A stretch of 64,000 bases of DNA, from positions 45,496,752-45,560,751 of the forward strand of contig OX597838.1 of the NCBI GenBank assembly GCA_951406725.2, in the 5' to 3' direction. This stretch comes from Octopus vulgaris (Eukaryota). A model generated the notes under the pieces. That model did no database searches and was not told the DNA's origin. It saw nothing but the letters and a program-made list of their open reading frames with translations. A program made the position numbers and the translations under genes. How positions within the stretch are numbered: position 1 is the stretch's first letter; every line of letters begins with the position of its first letter. This document shows positions 59,935 through 64,000 of this stretch, one piece after another.

Positions 59935-59986
<52 letters not shown>

Positions 59987-60029
59987 TGAGGGAATATTAT
60001 TCCAAACTTACATATATATATATATATAA

Positions 60030-60081
<52 letters not shown>

Positions 60082-60122
60082 TGAGGGAATATTATTCCAA
60101 ACTTACATATATATATATATAA

Positions 60123-60186
<64 letters not shown>

Positions 60187-60227
60187 TGAGGGAATATTAT
60201 TCCAAACTTACATATATATATATATAA

Positions 60228-60285
<58 letters not shown>

Positions 60286-60324
60286 TAGGGAATATTATTC
60301 CAAACTTAATATATATATATATAT

Positions 60325-60380
<56 letters not shown>

Positions 60381-60418
60381 GGGAATATTATTCCAAACTT
60401 ACATATATATATATATAA

Positions 60419-60476
<58 letters not shown>

Positions 60477-60527
60477 TGAGGGAATATTATTCCAAACTTA
60501 CATATATATATATATAAATAATAATAA

Positions 60528-60591
<64 letters not shown>

Positions 60592-60639
60592 TAATAATAT
60601 GAGGAATATTATTCCAAACTTACATATATATATATATAA

Positions 60640-60687
<48 letters not shown>

Positions 60688-60720
60688 TATGATTATCAAA
60701 CACATAATATATATATAATA

Positions 60721-60768
<48 letters not shown>

Positions 60769-60786
60769 GGAATATTATTCCAAACT

Positions 60787-60852
<66 letters not shown>

Positions 60853-60939
60853 TATATATATATATAAGGAATAATTAATAATAATAATAATAATAATATA
60901 ATAATATATTATATTATTAAACTTTATATATATATATAA

Positions 60940-61000
<61 letters not shown>

Positions 61001-61043
61001 TGAGGGAATATTATTCCAAACTTACATATATATATATATATAA

Positions 61044-61095
<52 letters not shown>

Positions 61096-61136
61096 GAGGG
61101 AATATTATTCCAAACTTACATATATATATATAATAA

Positions 61137-61191
<55 letters not shown>

Positions 61192-61231
61192 TGAGGGAAT
61201 ATTATTCCAAACTTACATATATATATATATA

Positions 61232-61289
<58 letters not shown>

Positions 61290-61331
61290 TAGAGGGAATA
61301 TTATTCCAAACTTACATATATATATATATAA

Positions 61332-61383
<52 letters not shown>

Positions 61384-61424
61384 TGAGGGAATATTATTCC
61401 AAACTTATATATATATATATATAA

Positions 61425-61479
<55 letters not shown>

Positions 61480-61536
61480 TGAGGGAATATTATTCCAAAC
61501 TTATATATATATATATAATTAATAATAATAATAATA

Positions 61537-61576
<40 letters not shown>

Positions 61577-61617
61577 TGAGGGAATATTATTCCAAACTTA
61601 CATATATATATATATAA

Positions 61618-61681
<64 letters not shown>

Positions 61682-61722
61682 TGAGGGAATATTATTCCAA
61701 ACTTACATATATATATATATAA

Positions 61723-61783
<61 letters not shown>

Positions 61784-61826
61784 TGAGGAATATTATTCCA
61801 AACTTAATATATATATATATATATAA

Positions 61827-61884
<58 letters not shown>

Positions 61885-61948
61885 TAATAATAATAATAAT
61901 AATAATATGAGGGAATATTATTCCAAACTTACATATATATATATATAA

Positions 61949-62012
<64 letters not shown>

Positions 62013-62041
62013 TGAGGAATATTATTCCAAACTTACATATA

Positions 62042-62105
<64 letters not shown>

Positions 62106-62146
62106 TGAGGGAATATTATTCCAAACTTACATATATATATATATAA

Positions 62147-62204
<58 letters not shown>

Positions 62205-62244
62205 TAGGGAATATTATTCCAAACTTACATATATATATATATAA

Positions 62245-62305
<61 letters not shown>

Positions 62306-62342
62306 TGAGGGAATATTATTCCAAACTTACATATATATATAT

Positions 62343-62406
<64 letters not shown>

Positions 62407-62447
62407 TGAGGGAATATTATTCCAAACTTACATATATATATATATAA

Positions 62448-62508
<61 letters not shown>

Positions 62509-62544
62509 GGGAATATTATTCCAAACTTACATATATATATATAT

Positions 62545-62602
<58 letters not shown>

Positions 62603-62642
62603 TGAGGAATATTATTCCAAACTTACATATATATATATATAA

Positions 62643-62688
<46 letters not shown>

Positions 62689-62729
62689 TGAGGGAATATT
62701 ATTCCAAACTTACATATATATATATATAA

Positions 62730-62781
<52 letters not shown>

Positions 62782-62822
62782 TGAGGGAATATTATTCCAA
62801 ACTTACATATATATATATATAA

Positions 62823-62862
<40 letters not shown>

Positions 62863-62903
62863 TGAGGGAATATTATTCCAAACTTACATATATATATATA
62901 TAA

Positions 62904-62949
<46 letters not shown>

Positions 62950-62989
62950 TGGAATATTATTCCAAACTTACATATATATATATATATAA

Positions 62990-63029
<40 letters not shown>

Positions 63030-63066
63030 TGAGGGAATATTATTCCAAACTTACATATATATATAT

Positions 63067-63118
<52 letters not shown>

Positions 63119-63143
63119 TAGGGAATATTATTCCAAACTTATA

Positions 63144-63203
<60 letters not shown>

Positions 63204-63244
63204 TGAGGGAATATTATTCCAAACTTACATATATATATATATAA

Positions 63245-63302
<58 letters not shown>

Positions 63303-63343
63303 TGAGGGAATATTATTCCAAACTTACATATATATATATATAA

Positions 63344-63401
<58 letters not shown>

Positions 63402-63442
63402 TGAGGGAATATTATTCCAAACTTACATATATATATATATAA

Positions 63443-63503
<61 letters not shown>

Positions 63504-63544
63504 TGAGGGAATATTATTCCAAACTTACATATATATATATATAA

Positions 63545-63602
<58 letters not shown>

Positions 63603-63642
63603 TGAGGGAATATTATTCCAAACTTACATATATATATATATA

Positions 63643-63688
<46 letters not shown>

Positions 63689-63711
63689 CTTACAAATATT
63701 CCATAATAATA

Positions 63712-63767
<56 letters not shown>

Positions 63768-63794
63768 GGGAATATTATTCCAAACTTACATATA

Positions 63795-63845
<51 letters not shown>

Positions 63846-63851
63846 CCAATA

Positions 63852-63903
<52 letters not shown>

Positions 63904-63944
63904 TGAGGGAATATTATTCCAAACTTATATATATATATATATTA

Positions 63945-63984
<40 letters not shown>

Positions 63985-64000
63985 TAATATTATTCCATAT
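43160..64000. repeat. Compound satellite array, unit ~65-100 bp: ATGAGGGAATATTATTCCAAACTTAC(AT)n AAATT(AAT)n
   Basis: The core recurs head-to-tail roughly 250 times (estimated from length divided by unit size) and continues past the window end. Only the microsatellite tract lengths vary. Confidence 0.97.

Noticed and set aside
43160-64000. CRISPR-like array (palindromic ~27-nt repeat with variable spacers)
   Set aside because: The spacers are just AT/AAT microsatellites rather than unique sequences, there are no cas genes, and the context is eukaryotic.

Overview
Gene-free, repeat-saturated animal genomic DNA. The SINE families and microsatellite load suggest a cephalopod (octopus-like) genome; this is inference. 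The first ~43 kb is a nested transposon graveyard set in (TA)n/(TG)n/(GATA)n/(AAT)n microsatellites. It holds a DD37D maT transposon, a DD34E Tc1 remnant, three Penelope-like (PLE) coding fragments, several hammerhead-ribozyme-like motifs and fold-back elements, and a near full-length APE-RT LINE (Proto2/CR1-group-like). It also holds a young non-autonomous Gypsy-type LTR element with an open 616-codon scrambled ORF, a Tx1/L1 LINE end in (GATA)n, R4/Dong-type RLE LINEs with a ~550-bp non-coding partner in (AAT)n, and many tRNA-derived SINEs. From ~43.16 kb to the window end is a >20-kb compound satellite: a constant ~27-nt core ATGAGGGAATATTATTCCAAACTTAC followed by variable (AT)n and (AAT)n tracts. 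No host protein-coding gene is supported, and most short ORFs in the track are microsatellite translations.
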